Source: Candidatus Heimdallarchaeota archaeon
GTDB lineage: Archaea > Asgardarchaeota > Heimdallarchaeia > Hodarchaeales > Hodarchaeaceae
Direction: 5' to 3'
Assembly: GCA_011364965.1 (NCBI GenBank)
Contig: RDOB01000008.1
Coordinates: 55,468-119,467, forward strand
DNA: 64,000 nucleotides
Under the pieces are notes generated by a model. That model had not been told where the DNA came from. It did no database searches and saw only the letters and a program-made list of their open reading frames with translations. A program made the position numbers and the translations under genes. Shown in pieces: positions 16,995-27,702 of this stretch. Within the stretch, counting starts at the first letter, position 1. Each line of letters opens with the position of its first letter.

Positions 16995-19364
16995 GTGTCT
17001 TTAATGATTGGTTCTGTCTTAAGATTTGCTTTTAAACAATTAAGTAAACGTAGATTACCTATTGTTAATGGTAAGCTTACTGTTTCAGGTTTGCACGATG
17101 AAGTTGAAATAATTAGGGATAAATGGGGTGTTCCTCACATCAGAGCCAAAACGGATTATGATCTTTTCTTCGCTCAAGGTTTTGTGCATGCTCAAGACCG
17201 ACTTTGGCAACTTGAACAGAATAAAAGGGTAGCAAAAGGACAATTAAGCGAAATTATCGGAGATCTTGCGTTGGATACCGATCGAACAGCATTAACATTT
17301 GGATTTGCTCGTTCAGGGAAAGCGGATTGGGAATTGCTAGGAGATGAAATAAAAAGAGCTCTAACAGCATATGCTGATGGTATCAACGCATATATGAGAC
17401 ATCCTACCTCAAAATTACCTTTAGAATTTACATTACTCCGATTTAAACCCGAACTTTGGACACCAGAAGATTCACTTGCAATTTCACGACTAATGGTATG
17501 GCAGCTTTCGCATGCATGGTATGGAGAGATAATTAAGAGTAAGATTATTGAAAAAATAGGTGAGAAACACGCCAAGGAATTAGAGTTCATCTATCCTGAA
17601 GATAATCCTGCAACTTTACCAACTGGAATCGAATTCAACCTTTTAAATATTGATAAGTCTTTAACAGGCATGAAAGGCCCATTTATTTCTAAAGGTAAAG
17701 GAAGTAATTCGTGGGTGGTCTCTGGAAAGCTATCAAAGACTGGAGGTGCTTATTTATGTAATGATATGCATCTTAAAATATCCCTTCCTTCTATATGGTA
17801 TGAGAACCATCTGAAAAGCAAATCAATTCATGCCTCGGGAGTGACTCTACCTGGTGTACCACTCATCCAAGTCGGTCATAATAATCATATCGCATGGGGA
17901 ATGACATTAGCTTTCGTGGATTCAGAGGATCTTTACATAGAAAAACTCAATCCTGAAAATGACGCGCAAGTAGAGTATAATGGAAAGTGGGAGGCGATTA
18001 AAATCTTAAAGGAAGAAATTACTGTCAAAGGACAGAAAGAACCATATATAGAAGAAATAAAAATTACTAGGAATGGACCCATTATTTCAAAGGTTGTATC
18101 AGGCCATAATGAGGTACTTTCAGTTAAATCATTAGCTTTACAGCCAACTCGATCTTTTGAAGGTTGGTATAAACTGAATTGTGCCTCAAACTGGGATGAT
18201 TTTGTATCTAGTATTAAATTGATTGACGCAGCCCAGCTAAATGTCACTTATGCAGACACTGAAGGAAATATCGGATATTATGTATCTGGTAAGGTACCTA
18301 TAAGGAAAAAAGGAAAGGGGGATGTTCCTACCCCTGGTTGGACCAGCGAATATGAATGGACTGGTACTGTCCCTTTTGAAGAAATGCCTCATGCATTTAA
18401 TCCTAAGCAGGGATATTTAGTTACATGCAATCACAAAATTGTAGATGATGATTTTCCATACTTTTTGGGAAATGTATGGATGAATGGGTACCGAGCAAAA
18501 CGATTTGATGATATAATGAACACCATGGATAAAGTAGGTATTGAAGACTTCAAAAAAATGCAATTAGACTTTTTATGTCCTCCCGCACTAGAAATGAAAA
18601 GAATTTTGGCTGATTATAAGAGTCCCAATACCGAAAATCAAATACTACTGGATTATTTTTTTGGATGGAATGGAGTACTATCTCCTGATACTATTGGAGG
18701 AACAATATATGAAATTCTACGATATTTTGTTCTTAAAACAATTTTGGAACCGGGATTAGGCAAAGAATTGACAACTATATATATGGGGACTGGGTTTCAT
18801 CCAATTTTGTATCATTCACATGAATTCTACGGTCATGACACTCCATTATTACTTCGTTTATTAAAAAATCCCGAATCGTGGTGGATAACGAATGCTGGAG
18901 GATATGAAAGTGTGTTAGAAGAAGGATTGAAACAAACTCTCTCTTGGTTGCATTCCCATTTTGGGGAAAAACCACAGAATTGGCAATGGGGTAAATTGCA
19001 TACCGTAACTTTTACTCATGCAATGTCTATTCAGAAACCTCTTGATAAAGTGTTTGATCGTGGACCAGTTGCCATTGGAGGAGATACCGATACATTATGT
19101 CAAACTGCAATAGCACCTGATGACCCTTTTGAAGTTAAAACTTGGGCTCCCAGTCACCGTCAAATCATTGACATGAGAAATCTCTCAAATTCGCTTATAG
19201 ATCATCCACCTGGCCAATCAGGGCAATTAGCAAGTCCCCATTATGATGACCTAATTAATAGCTGGTTGAACGGAGAATATCATCCCATGTTATGGACTGA
19301 TGACCAACTTGAAGTGTATATGAAATCCAAGTTAATCCTCTCCCCAATAAAAGGAGTTCACTAA
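16995..19364 (+). CDS. Penicillin acylase family Ntn-hydrolase
   Basis: RDKWGVPHI, AQGFVHAQDRLWQ, GSNSWVVSG (catalytic Ser), NDMHL, PGQSG...SPHYDD. Confidence 0.96.
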   Translation: MSLMIGSVLRFAFKQLSKRRLPIVNGKLTVSGLHDEVEIIRDKWGVPHIRAKTDYDLFFAQGFVHAQDRLWQLEQNKRVAKGQLSEIIGDLALDTDRTALTFGFARSGKADWELLGDEIKRALTAYADGINAYMRHPTSKLPLEFTLLRFKPELWTPEDSLAISRLMVWQLSHAWYGEIIKSKIIEKIGEKHAKELEFIYPEDNPATLPTGIEFNLLNIDKSLTGMKGPFISKGKGSNSWVVSGKLSKTGGAYLCNDMHLKISLPSIWYENHLKSKSIHASGVTLPGVPLIQVGHNNHIAWGMTLAFVDSEDLYIEKLNPENDAQVEYNGKWEAIKILKEEITVKGQKEPYIEEIKITRNGPIISKVVSGHNEVLSVKSLALQPTRSFEGWYKLNCASNWDDFVSSIKLIDAAQLNVTYADTEGNIGYYVSGKVPIRKKGKGDVPTPGWTSEYEWTGTVPFEEMPHAFNPKQGYLVTCNHKIVDDDFPYFLGNVWMNGYRAKRFDDIMNTMDKVGIEDFKKMQLDFLCPPALEMKRILADYKSPNTENQILLDYFFGWNGVLSPDTIGGTIYEILRYFVLKTILEPGLGKELTTIYMGTGFHPILYHSHEFYGHDTPLLLRLLKNPESWWITNAGGYESVLEEGLKQTLSWLHSHFGEKPQNWQWGKLHTVTFTHAMSIQKPLDKVFDRGPVAIGGDTDTLCQTAIAPDDPFEVKTWAPSHRQIIDMRNLSNSLIDHPPGQSGQLASPHYDDLINSWLNGEYHPMLWTDDQLEVYMKSKLILSPIKGVH

Positions 19365-19405
19365 ACCATGGGACAATATTTAAGGAATTTTAAGGAAGAT
19401 CTATT

Positions 19406-19996
19406 ATGATTCATGATGTTTCAGAGAAAATATTAGCTAGGATGCAATATTTGGAAGAAGAAGATAGAATCGATAGAGAAAATGAAACACCTCGTCTCGA
19501 AAGACTCCGACAAATTCCTCCCGAAACGGGCCAATTTCTCTATTTGCTTGCAATGATGGCTCCTGAAGGTCAATTCATTGAAATTGGTACTAGTGCAGGT
19601 TACTCTACCCTGTGGCTCATTCTTGCATGTAGAAAAAGAGAGTCTTTGATAACTACATTTGAAGTATTACCAGAGAAAATCAAATTAGCCCAAGAGACTT
19701 TTTATCTTACACAAACATCTAAATATGTTGAATTAATAGAAGGTGACGCTCGGGTTTACCTTCCCGATATGAAAAATATTTCATTTTGCTTTCTAGATGC
19801 AGAAAAAGAAGTATATGAAGAATGTTACGACTTAATTATACCACAACTAGTTACAGGGGGATTGTTGATCGCTGATAATGCAATCAATCATCGAGAAACC
19901 CTTCAACTGATGTTAGACAAAGCTCTTTCTGACAAGAGAGTTGACGCCTTGATTGTACCTATTGGAAAGGGAGAATTGGTGTGTAGAAAAAAGTAA
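19406..19996 (+). CDS. SAM-dependent O-methyltransferase (family 3)
   Basis: [30 protein letters not shown]. Confidence 0.93.
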   Translation: MIHDVSEKILARMQYLEEEDRIDRENETPRLERLRQIPPETGQFLYLLAMMAPEGQFIEIGTSAGYSTLWLILACRKRESLITTFEVLPEKIKLAQETFYLTQTSKYVELIEGDARVYLPDMKNISFCFLDAEKEVYEECYDLIIPQLVTGGLLIADNAINHRETLQLMLDKALSDKRVDALIVPIGKGELVCRKK

Positions 19997-20066
19997 AAGA
20001 TATTTCACTAGAGTACATAAAGTTATTTCCTACTGGATATTTTGAATTACTATTTTATCCTGATAC

Positions 20067-20768
20067 TTAACAAACTGCAAAACTTGAGGTTCCGAAGAAA
20101 GCAAAGATATCAAATCCAGGTTCAACTAATAGAACATACGAAAATTCGTACCCTCTACAACCATGGATATAAGCACTCCAAAAATAGTCAATACCGACCC
20201 ACACGAGCCAGTACCAAGAAGGAAATATAAATTCATTAAATATTGCAGTGATTTCGGAATCATCAAGTTCTGATTCTAAAATCTCATGAAAACTCCCATT
20301 TGCATAATAAAAGCCTTGATTGAGATATGGTAAACTCCCTATGTAAGTGGTACTCTTGTACCAATCATGAACAAGATTTCCGATATAAGAATGATTAGTA
20401 GAGGTTTCATTCTTCCCTGTGATGTATAATTCGAGCTCTCCACTTGCAATATCATTCTCTTTGTTGTAATGCTTTTCCGCATCAATAAGAAATTGTGTTA
20501 TATTCTTAACCATATATCCTGAGTATGAATCAAAATCTGAAAAAATAATATCGGAAGAAGAGCTTACTCCTAAATAATTCACTAGATTTAATTTCTCGAG
20601 GAAGGAAAAAAAAGGCTCTAACTCAGTTTCACTGGTCACGCGGGTAAAATTTTTCTCCAGTGACGATTTAACAGGAAGAATGCATCCAGAGAATAAAATG
20701 AGTAAGATCAATAATCCACCTCCAATCCCCCCCCAAACGGATTTGGAATTAATAATAGAACAAGACAC
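20067..20768 (-). CDS. Hypothetical exported/membrane-anchored protein
   Basis: N-terminal hydrophobic segment (LLILLILFSGC); GGTGG upstream; no recognised family. Confidence 0.65.
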   Translation of the reverse strand: MSCSIINSKSVWGGIGGGLLILLILFSGCILPVKSSLEKNFTRVTSETELEPFFSFLEKLNLVNYLGVSSSSDIIFSDFDSYSGYMVKNITQFLIDAEKHYNKENDIASGELELYITGKNETSTNHSYIGNLVHDWYKSTTYIGSLPYLNQGFYYANGSFHEILESELDDSEITAIFNEFIFPSWYWLVWVGIDYFWSAYIHGCRGYEFSYVLLVEPGFDIFAFFGTSSFAVC

Positions 20769-20950
20769 TAGAATCCACCTTTGAAATTATAGCTAACTAA
20801 ATGCTACCACAGGTTTTATTAGTTTTTTACCTGTGAGGAAAAGGCCCATTCATAGGGGAGGAAAATTTACCACAACACAAAACTAAATAACCACGAGATT
20901 TTGTTCTCCTCTCCATTCCTTAGTGATGCTAGTATGAGGATGTATATTTT

Positions 20951-22276
20951 GTGAAGGAAACATTAATTCGACTATTAATCAGTGATAAAACAGAAGAAAA
21001 AGCAACAACTCTACTCTGGAGTTATTTAATACTGGATTCTATAAGATTAATTGCTTTTACAATTTCTAGCATGTTTATTGTCTTATTTTTACTTGATTCA
21101 TTAGAATCAACCGAGGTAGGATTCCTATTTGCCTTAAGTTATTTCATTCTAACAGTCATTGATTATCCAACAGGTGTATTAGGAGATGTAATCGGTCATC
21201 AAAAAGTCTTAATCCTAGCTTATATCTTTCACATCATATCTTTCATCCTATTAATCATTTCAGAGACGTTTCTACCTCTTCTACTTTATAGTGGCATCTC
21301 AGCGTTCGCATCTTCGCAAGAAAGTGGCGCGTTAGAAGCATGGTTTGATAATAATTATAGACGATTAATGAATGCAAAAGATCCTAAGCGGGAAATTTAT
21401 AATAGTTTTCAAGCAAGAAAGTCGATTCTTACCTATAGTTTGTTCGGTTTCTCTATTTTAATTGGGGGTTTCATTGCTTATTTGTTTTCACGTAAAATAC
21501 TATTCTTAGTATCGCTTTTTTTTATCATAATTGTCTTTTTCTTAATTATTGCCCTAGTCATAGATGAAAAGAATAGTAAAGTTGAAATTACTCTTAAAAA
21601 TTACTTTGACCAATTCTCGAATGGTATCAAAGTTCTATTGTCCCATTATGGAATTTTTTTGTTTTTTATAGGATCAACAATTATCTGGGCGGCTAATAAT
21701 AGCATCTGGGTAAATTTCTTGCTTTTTCGAATTTATGAAGGGTATTCAGGTGGTCAGGATAACACTACCGCATTATTACGTGCACTTATTTTCACCTCAG
21801 GGGTTCTCTGGCAGTTCCTAATTATAAGATATATTACGAGACTCAAAAGAAATAAACTTTGGATTTTTATAACTACAAGCTTCTCTAATCCAATATTTTT
21901 CCTTGGGATGTATGTTTACTATCTTTGGTTTCCACCTACAGAGGTCAGTGTGTTCCTCATCATTGGACTTATTTTGATGTTTCAAATGCCCAGTATTTTT
22001 GAGCCCCTTGAAGGGATTTTACGAAACCAATTAAATTTAGATCTTATTCCCGATAGGTCACGAAATAGCTTTTATTCACTTCTACCAACACTGACAAATC
22101 TGATTGGGATATTTGGAGCGTTAATTGCAGGTTTCTTTCTCTCAAATTATGGTTTTGTTGAAACAATTCTTTTAACAGCAATTATTAGTGGCCTTGGGGT
22201 AATTCTTACGGGATTAGGGTTATTTTGGCTCCCTCAGATCCAAAATGCAATAAACCAAGAAAGCAACAGAGAGTAG
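20951..22276 (+). CDS. MFS transporter
   Basis: DYPTGVLGDVIG, SQESGALEAWF; about 12 TM. Confidence 0.88.
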   Translation: MKETLIRLLISDKTEEKATTLLWSYLILDSIRLIAFTISSMFIVLFLLDSLESTEVGFLFALSYFILTVIDYPTGVLGDVIGHQKVLILAYIFHIISFILLIISETFLPLLLYSGISAFASSQESGALEAWFDNNYRRLMNAKDPKREIYNSFQARKSILTYSLFGFSILIGGFIAYLFSRKILFLVSLFFIIIVFFLIIALVIDEKNSKVEITLKNYFDQFSNGIKVLLSHYGIFLFFIGSTIIWAANNSIWVNFLLFRIYEGYSGGQDNTTALLRALIFTSGVLWQFLIIRYITRLKRNKLWIFITTSFSNPIFFLGMYVYYLWFPPTEVSVFLIIGLILMFQMPSIFEPLEGILRNQLNLDLIPDRSRNSFYSLLPTLTNLIGIFGALIAGFFLSNYGFVETILLTAIISGLGVILTGLGLFWLPQIQNAINQESNRE

Positions 22277-22457
22277 TAGAATTAGATACGTGATAAAAAA
22301 GGATGACTCCGATGAATATTGATAACGCCCCAAAATATAAGTAATCATTATTGTTTTTGGAATAAGTGCAATGAAGAAATGGTAACTTGCTTAGACCCAT
22401 CAATCCTCTCATTAAAACTCTTACTTCTCTCTGGCAGTGTATTATTCTTTAATTAAC

Positions 22458-22979
22458 TCAACAATTCATTATTAGATCACTATAAGACTCAGCAATAAGA
22501 TCTTCTGGAGAAACTTTAAATAACTGTAAATAATAATCACATTGTTGTTGAAGCTTTTTGACTCCGATTGATCCATCAGTATCAATTGCTTCAACCTCTA
22601 AAAACGATCCTAACCCTTGTACATTATCAATATGAAATTTCACGTTCCCAACATAATAGATTTCGCGATTCTTATCTACAATAACTAGTATTCCTAAGGT
22701 TTTTTGTAAAATATCTTTTAAAGTTTGAGTTCTGGAAGGATCAGGATGGTGTAAGAGAACATCTGATTGTTTCGGGCCATCCTGATCGGGGCGCTCATAA
22801 AAAATCAAGGCTGTTTCAATAGTTCCTTCGCGAAGCTTTAATCTTCCAGATGTTACATTAAAGTAAGTATCGATTTGATGATCTGTTCCTTGAAAATGTG
22901 CGTGTTTGGATTTTAAGATTTCTCTTATCAGGTTTGGGTTTGGGCATTTTGCCTTGAATTCTATATTCACATGCGTCAT
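22458..22979 (-). CDS. CYTH-domain protein (class IV adenylate cyclase CyaB-like)
   Basis: NIEFKA (ExK), HQIDTYF, RLKLRE, VDKNREIY, LGSFLEVE, SYSDL. Confidence 0.92.
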   Translation of the reverse strand: MTHVNIEFKAKCPNPNLIREILKSKHAHFQGTDHQIDTYFNVTSGRLKLREGTIETALIFYERPDQDGPKQSDVLLHHPDPSRTQTLKDILQKTLGILVIVDKNREIYYVGNVKFHIDNVQGLGSFLEVEAIDTDGSIGVKKLQQQCDYYLQLFKVSPEDLIAESYSDLIMNC

Positions 22980-23044
22980 AAAGGGGATACCTACTCTGTA
23001 TCATATATCTCTATTAAAATAAAAGGTTAAAAAGCGAACAAGGC

Positions 23045-23767
23045 TCATTCCATCTTATCAAAGAATTCATCTAATGGGATAGATCTTGCAATGTTCTGTA
23101 TAATCCTAATAACTTCTTTATTTGAATTTTCAGATTCTTCAGGAGTATTCCAAGGTAGCCGTATCACTTGCATACCCCTACTCCAAGATGGGATACCAGA
23201 GGCAATTTCCCTTAAGAGGTGTTCATATCCTTTTTCTAGTTCCCTAAGATATGCTAGAGGGATTAGATCACCTCGTTCCGCTTTTCGATCTCTCTGAGCA
23301 ATTCTATCTTGAGCTATTTCTGGAGTTACTTCCATATATATTATCAAGCTAGGAGGGATTAATGAGTTACTCATTACAGTGTATGCACGTTCATAGATTG
23401 CCCATTCAATATCATGGATTTTTCCAGCTGTGTGAAGCATTTTAGCGAACACACGATCTCCAGGTAGACCCCTATCCATAACTACTCCCATTCCAGTGAT
23501 CGATTCGAATGAACCGAGCTTTTGAAGGGCAAAGCGTCTGTGTAATAGGTCAATTTGCATTGCAAAAGCCCATCGATCTTGATCTTTGTAGAACATCTCC
23601 AGTAATTCAAGATTAACTGGTTCGTATATAGCCCGATAATTCAATTGTCTAGAGATCATACGAGTGAGAGTCGTTTTTCCACAACCAATTATACCTTCTA
23701 TCCAAATAATTGGTTTTTGACTTGCTTCATATAATTTATCCAGATCTTCTTCCATTTCAAGCCCCAA
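23045..23767 (-). CDS. Deoxynucleoside kinase
   Basis: EGIIGCGKTT, EPV, FYKDQDRWAFAMQ, DR, RIAQRDR. Confidence 0.93.
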   Translation of the reverse strand: MGLEMEEDLDKLYEASQKPIIWIEGIIGCGKTTLTRMISRQLNYRAIYEPVNLELLEMFYKDQDRWAFAMQIDLLHRRFALQKLGSFESITGMGVVMDRGLPGDRVFAKMLHTAGKIHDIEWAIYERAYTVMSNSLIPPSLIIYMEVTPEIAQDRIAQRDRKAERGDLIPLAYLRELEKGYEHLLREIASGIPSWSRGMQVIRLPWNTPEESENSNKEVIRIIQNIARSIPLDEFFDKME

Positions 23768-24033
23768 CTAAGATTCTTGCATCATTTTTTTCCTTTCTAG
23801 ATGTTTGTTACCCTAATGAATGTTTAAACACCGTTATTCAAAATAATGAAAACGTGAGAAATTCCATTTTAGCTCAATCAGCCATTATTTGGCACAGAAA
23901 CCAGATTATATTTTCTGGTTAAATTATATTTTGTATTGACTTATATTGTAGGAAAATCGATTCCTTGAACCCTCAAATAAAAAGCCTCTATTAGGTAAAA
24001 AAAGGCTCAAGATTCAGTAAAGTTTCCAATTCG

Positions 24034-24696
24034 TCAGGTTTTTTTCTTTTGAAATTTTTTTATTCCCCCAATGATACATAAAGTCTCCAAAATTACTATA
24101 AACGTCCACGAAGTAGCTTTTGGATCAGTATTATCATATTCATAATCGATTTCTGTTGTTGTTTCACTTATGGTAATAGTTGCACCATAATTTGGAAAAG
24201 GAAGTTTCTTCGTTTGATTGGAAGAGAATTCAGGATGTGAGGTACCTATTCTAATGTAGTAAATACCATTAGGAAGAGAGGAGAGGTTGCTTGAGTTAAT
24301 TGTAAAGGGAAAAGATTGTGAACGACTTGTAATCCCAGGAGTATAAGTTCGATTGGTAATAACCTGTAAAAAACCTATATTAGGCCCAGCTAAGGAATAA
24401 GAAGAATTCAGGAAATCAGCTGTTATATATATTATGAATTCTCCAGAATCGGAAAAAGTAACTGTTACATTTTCATCTGCTAGATTCTCAATTTTGATTT
24501 CTGTTTGAAAATTAAATTCTGTCTCACTTGTTTTGGCTGTTATTGTCCAAGAAATGTTTGTTAATTGGATACTAAACGGAAGCGAGTCCAATGGGTGATA
24601 TATAGTCGTATTGATCGAATTTGCTAAAAAAGGAGAAATCTGCAACAATAAAAGAAATATAGTGAAGGTAACACAGCTTTTTGCTCTTCGGATCAT
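24034..24696 (-). CDS. Secreted protein with C-terminal TM anchor and basic tail
   Basis: Signal peptide; many N-x-S/T sequons; ends TSWTFIVILETLCIIGGIKKFQKKKT. Confidence 0.75.
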   Translation of the reverse strand: MIRRAKSCVTFTIFLLLLQISPFLANSINTTIYHPLDSLPFSIQLTNISWTITAKTSETEFNFQTEIKIENLADENVTVTFSDSGEFIIYITADFLNSSYSLAGPNIGFLQVITNRTYTPGITSRSQSFPFTINSSNLSSLPNGIYYIRIGTSHPEFSSNQTKKLPFPNYGATITISETTTEIDYEYDNTDPKATSWTFIVILETLCIIGGIKKFQKKKT

Positions 24697-24782
24697 AGGA
24701 TTACTTCTACTTCTCTTATTTATAAGGATTTGAGTATGTGAAGCATAAAATGGATTTCTGAGCTTTTTAGGATTTTAAAAAC

Positions 24783-25679
24783 TTATTCCTGAGTAAAATG
24801 GGTTTGAATTACTTTAGCTGCTCCAGCAAATCTGTAGATTAATTTCATCAACTTAATCGTGAATGCAATGAAGTCCTGATTAATAACTTGAAGAACAGTA
24901 ATATCTTCTGGATCCGTTTCGGATTGAAGGTAAAGAAATGCCATAGCATTAGATGTGGCAGGGTCAATCAATAATACATTTGGACGAGTAAGCAATAATT
25001 CTCCAAACAATTGTAAAATATCCCGAAATTCCTCAGGGATGAAATCAATAAATTGACTGAGATGTTCAAAACTGACTCCGGTTATATTCTTTGCTAATAA
25101 TTCTCTATATTTATCTGGCAACTGATCTACTTCTTCATCCAGCATGATGAGTTTAATATCCACACCCCTCTCTTGAGCTTTAGTTAATGCTTCTAAGACT
25201 TGTTTTATAAAAACTGGAAACGCATTACTAATGATTTCAATTGACGCGTTTTCGATTTGTTCTCTAAGAATCCGAGTTATGTGACTTTGTCCTTTAATCA
25301 CCCATACTTGGTGTATTCCCTCGGATTCGTCCTTCAGAGTAGAAGTAAGATTTACAATGGTATCTGCAGATCTTGCTGCAGCATCATTTATGGGGCCAAC
25401 TAAATTTGAGCATAAATCTGTAATAATTTGATCAGGAGGAGAAATTAAACGGTATAGATTTGCAGTACCTTCAATTTTGGAAGTATTTACAATATCTCTC
25501 TCTTCAAGACCTTCTAGAACTTTATAAATCTTCGTACGAGGTACTTTAGATAGTTGAGCAATCTTAGGTGCATCTGCCTGGCTTCCAAGCTTTATTAATG
25601 CAATTAATGCCTTAGCTTCATTCAGTGTTAGCCCTAAAAGCTGAAGATCATCTAAAAGCGAATTCTCAATTATTTTCAT
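24783..25679 (-). CDS. TrmB-family transcriptional regulator
   Basis: LGLTLNEAKALIAL, SKVPRTKIYKVLEGL, VWVIKG, A.ERGVDIKLI. ATG at 25679 preferred because the longer ORF runs through the promoter palindrome. Confidence 0.92.
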   Translation of the reverse strand: MKIIENSLLDDLQLLGLTLNEAKALIALIKLGSQADAPKIAQLSKVPRTKIYKVLEGLEERDIVNTSKIEGTANLYRLISPPDQIITDLCSNLVGPINDAAARSADTIVNLTSTLKDESEGIHQVWVIKGQSHITRILREQIENASIEIISNAFPVFIKQVLEALTKAQERGVDIKLIMLDEEVDQLPDKYRELLAKNITGVSFEHLSQFIDFIPEEFRDILQLFGELLLTRPNVLLIDPATSNAMAFLYLQSETDPEDITVLQVINQDFIAFTIKLMKLIYRFAGAAKVIQTHFTQE

Positions 25680-25711
25680 CAAATGAAACCTATTGTAATG
25701 AAACTTGATAT

Positions 25712-25734
25712 TGTTACTTACTGCATAAGTAACA
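25712..25734. promoter_or_regulatory. Perfect inverted repeat TGTTACTTA-N5-TAAGTAACA, candidate TrmB operator
   Basis: 9-bp perfect arms between the divergent trmB-like and ABC genes, abutting TTTTTAAA at 25735-25742. Confidence 0.7.
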
Positions 25735-25812
25735 TTTTTAAATGTTCGCATCTATTTATTATACATATTTCTGTCTACACGATTATCTAAAATAGGAGTT
25801 GTTTCGTACATT

Positions 25813-26565
25813 ATGCCTCTTAATGATAAGAGACCTATTGATATAGAAATAAAGAATTTATCCAAGACATTTGGAGATGTTCAAGCTGTTAACCAGTTAG
25901 ATCTAACGATAAACCGAGGAGAAATCTTTTGTTTAGTGGGACCCAACGCGGCAGGCAAAACTACTACGATTCGCTTAATGCTTGGAATATTAAAACCAGA
26001 TTCAGGGTTAATTTCGGTGCGGGGATATAGTATTCCTAAGGAAAAGAAAAAACTTCGGAAAATTATGGGATATTTACCTCAACAACGGGCTTTATACGAT
26101 CTTCTAACTACTCGGGAAAACATTGAATTTTTCGCTCGTGCAAAAGGAGTTTCAAATAAGCGAGTGGTTAAGAATACTAATCAGCTGATTGAGAAACTGT
26201 CCTTAGAACCGCATATAGATAAACTCGCATATCTCCTTTCGGGTGGAACTCAACAAAGAACAGCTCTAGCTGCAGCTATGGTAAATGAACCTCAGATTGC
26301 ATTTTTGGATGAACCAACAGTTGGATTAGATCCTGTTCTTCGGAGAGAGTTCTGGGAATATTTTAGAGAAATTGCAAGAGAGCATGGAACAACAATTCTT
26401 GTGACTACGCATTATCTGAACGAAGCTGAGTGGGCTGATCGAGTGGGAGTGATGCGGAATGGTCGAATTATGGCAATAGATACCCCTGAAAAATTATTGG
26501 AACAAACTGGACAGCATAACATGGAGAATATGTTCTTTGAATTAATTAAGGGGGTTTCAGCATGA
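25813..26565 (+). CDS. ABC-2 type exporter ATP-binding protein
   Basis: GPNAAGKTT, LSGGTQQR, LDEPTVGLDP, TTHY. Confidence 0.95.
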   Translation: MPLNDKRPIDIEIKNLSKTFGDVQAVNQLDLTINRGEIFCLVGPNAAGKTTTIRLMLGILKPDSGLISVRGYSIPKEKKKLRKIMGYLPQQRALYDLLTTRENIEFFARAKGVSNKRVVKNTNQLIEKLSLEPHIDKLAYLLSGGTQQRTALAAAMVNEPQIAFLDEPTVGLDPVLRREFWEYFREIAREHGTTILVTTHYLNEAEWADRVGVMRNGRIMAIDTPEKLLEQTGQHNMENMFFELIKGVSA

Positions 26566-27692
26566 GATTTGCATATTTAATTGCCATTCGGCTATGGAAG
26601 CAGTTATCGCGTGATCGTCGAACGCTAGGTCTTGCAACAGTTGCCCCATTGCTTTTTGTGGTCCTCTTTGGAGTTGCATTTGGTGGTGAAATTGATCATG
26701 TCCCAGTAATAGTAATCAATCAGGATTCGGACGCAGAAATTGTGATCAAATTTGGTATTATAACAATTTTTGAGGAAAATGTATCCGCAATTGGTAATTC
26801 CATTGTTACTGCTTTAGACCTATCTTTGAAAGTCGATATCAATCAAGATTATACAGATTTCGAAACTGCTAAAGAAGAGGTCGTTAATAAACGTTATCGC
26901 TGTGCAATTCTTATTCCTGAGAACTTTACTTATAATATGGTGTCTCCATTAGGGGATAATATTTCCATCAGTTTATACCTGGATAATAGCGACCCTCAGA
27001 TTGCAGGTGTAGTTTTACAAGCAATAAGTGACGCTTTTCAGGATTCTGCAGGCAGCATCACCGTGGAATATGCGTATGGAGACGATCTAAGAACGATTGA
27101 CTTCTTTGGCCCTGCAATCATTGCATTTGGAGTTTTCTTCTTTGCATTTATTTTGGTGATTATGAACTTAATTGGAGAACGAAAGACTGGTACGCTTCCA
27201 CTCTTACTTCAGTGCCCCTTTGACAAAGGACAGATCATCCTTGGCTATTTATTTGCGTTTTCCTTACTCAGTGCTATCCAAACGACTGTAATTATCCTTT
27301 TTTCTAGTTTATTCTTTGGTATTACTTTTGGAACTTCGTTAGCACATTACATTTCCATTTATATCACCGCTATAGTACTCGGATGGACTGGTCTTGTTTT
27401 AGCCATCTTTCTCTCGTCCTTCGCTAGGTCAGAATTTCAAGCAGTTCAATTTATTCCAACTATAATCCTTCCAGTTATTTTACTGAGTGGAATCATCATT
27501 CCTTTGGATCAAATCCCTGAAGTCATACGGTGGGTAGCTTATTTACTTCCAACAACATATGGAGTGAGCTTATTACGGGCAATATCTATCGAAGGGGTGT
27601 TATTAAACATTTTTAGCTTCGAATTCTTATTTCAAATCTTTTTTTTTGTAGTATTCTTATTAGGTTCAAGAATTTCCTTGAGAGAGACGTGA
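26562..27692 (+). CDS. ABC-2 type exporter permease
   Basis: ATGA overlap with the ATPase; RDRRTL, ERKTGTL, ARSEFQAVQFIP, LPTTY. Confidence 0.93.
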   Translation: MRFAYLIAIRLWKQLSRDRRTLGLATVAPLLFVVLFGVAFGGEIDHVPVIVINQDSDAEIVIKFGIITIFEENVSAIGNSIVTALDLSLKVDINQDYTDFETAKEEVVNKRYRCAILIPENFTYNMVSPLGDNISISLYLDNSDPQIAGVVLQAISDAFQDSAGSITVEYAYGDDLRTIDFFGPAIIAFGVFFFAFILVIMNLIGERKTGTLPLLLQCPFDKGQIILGYLFAFSLLSAIQTTVIILFSSLFFGITFGTSLAHYISIYITAIVLGWTGLVLAIFLSSFARSEFQAVQFIPTIILPVILLSGIIIPLDQIPEVIRWVAYLLPTTYGVSLLRAISIEGVLLNIFSFEFLFQIFFFVVFLLGSRISLRET

Positions 27693-27702
27693 GAACACTC
27701 AG

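Noticed and set aside
22458-23767. CYTH plus deoxynucleoside kinase as a nucleotide-signalling or defence pair
   Set aside because: Both are common housekeeping families and no effector is adjacent
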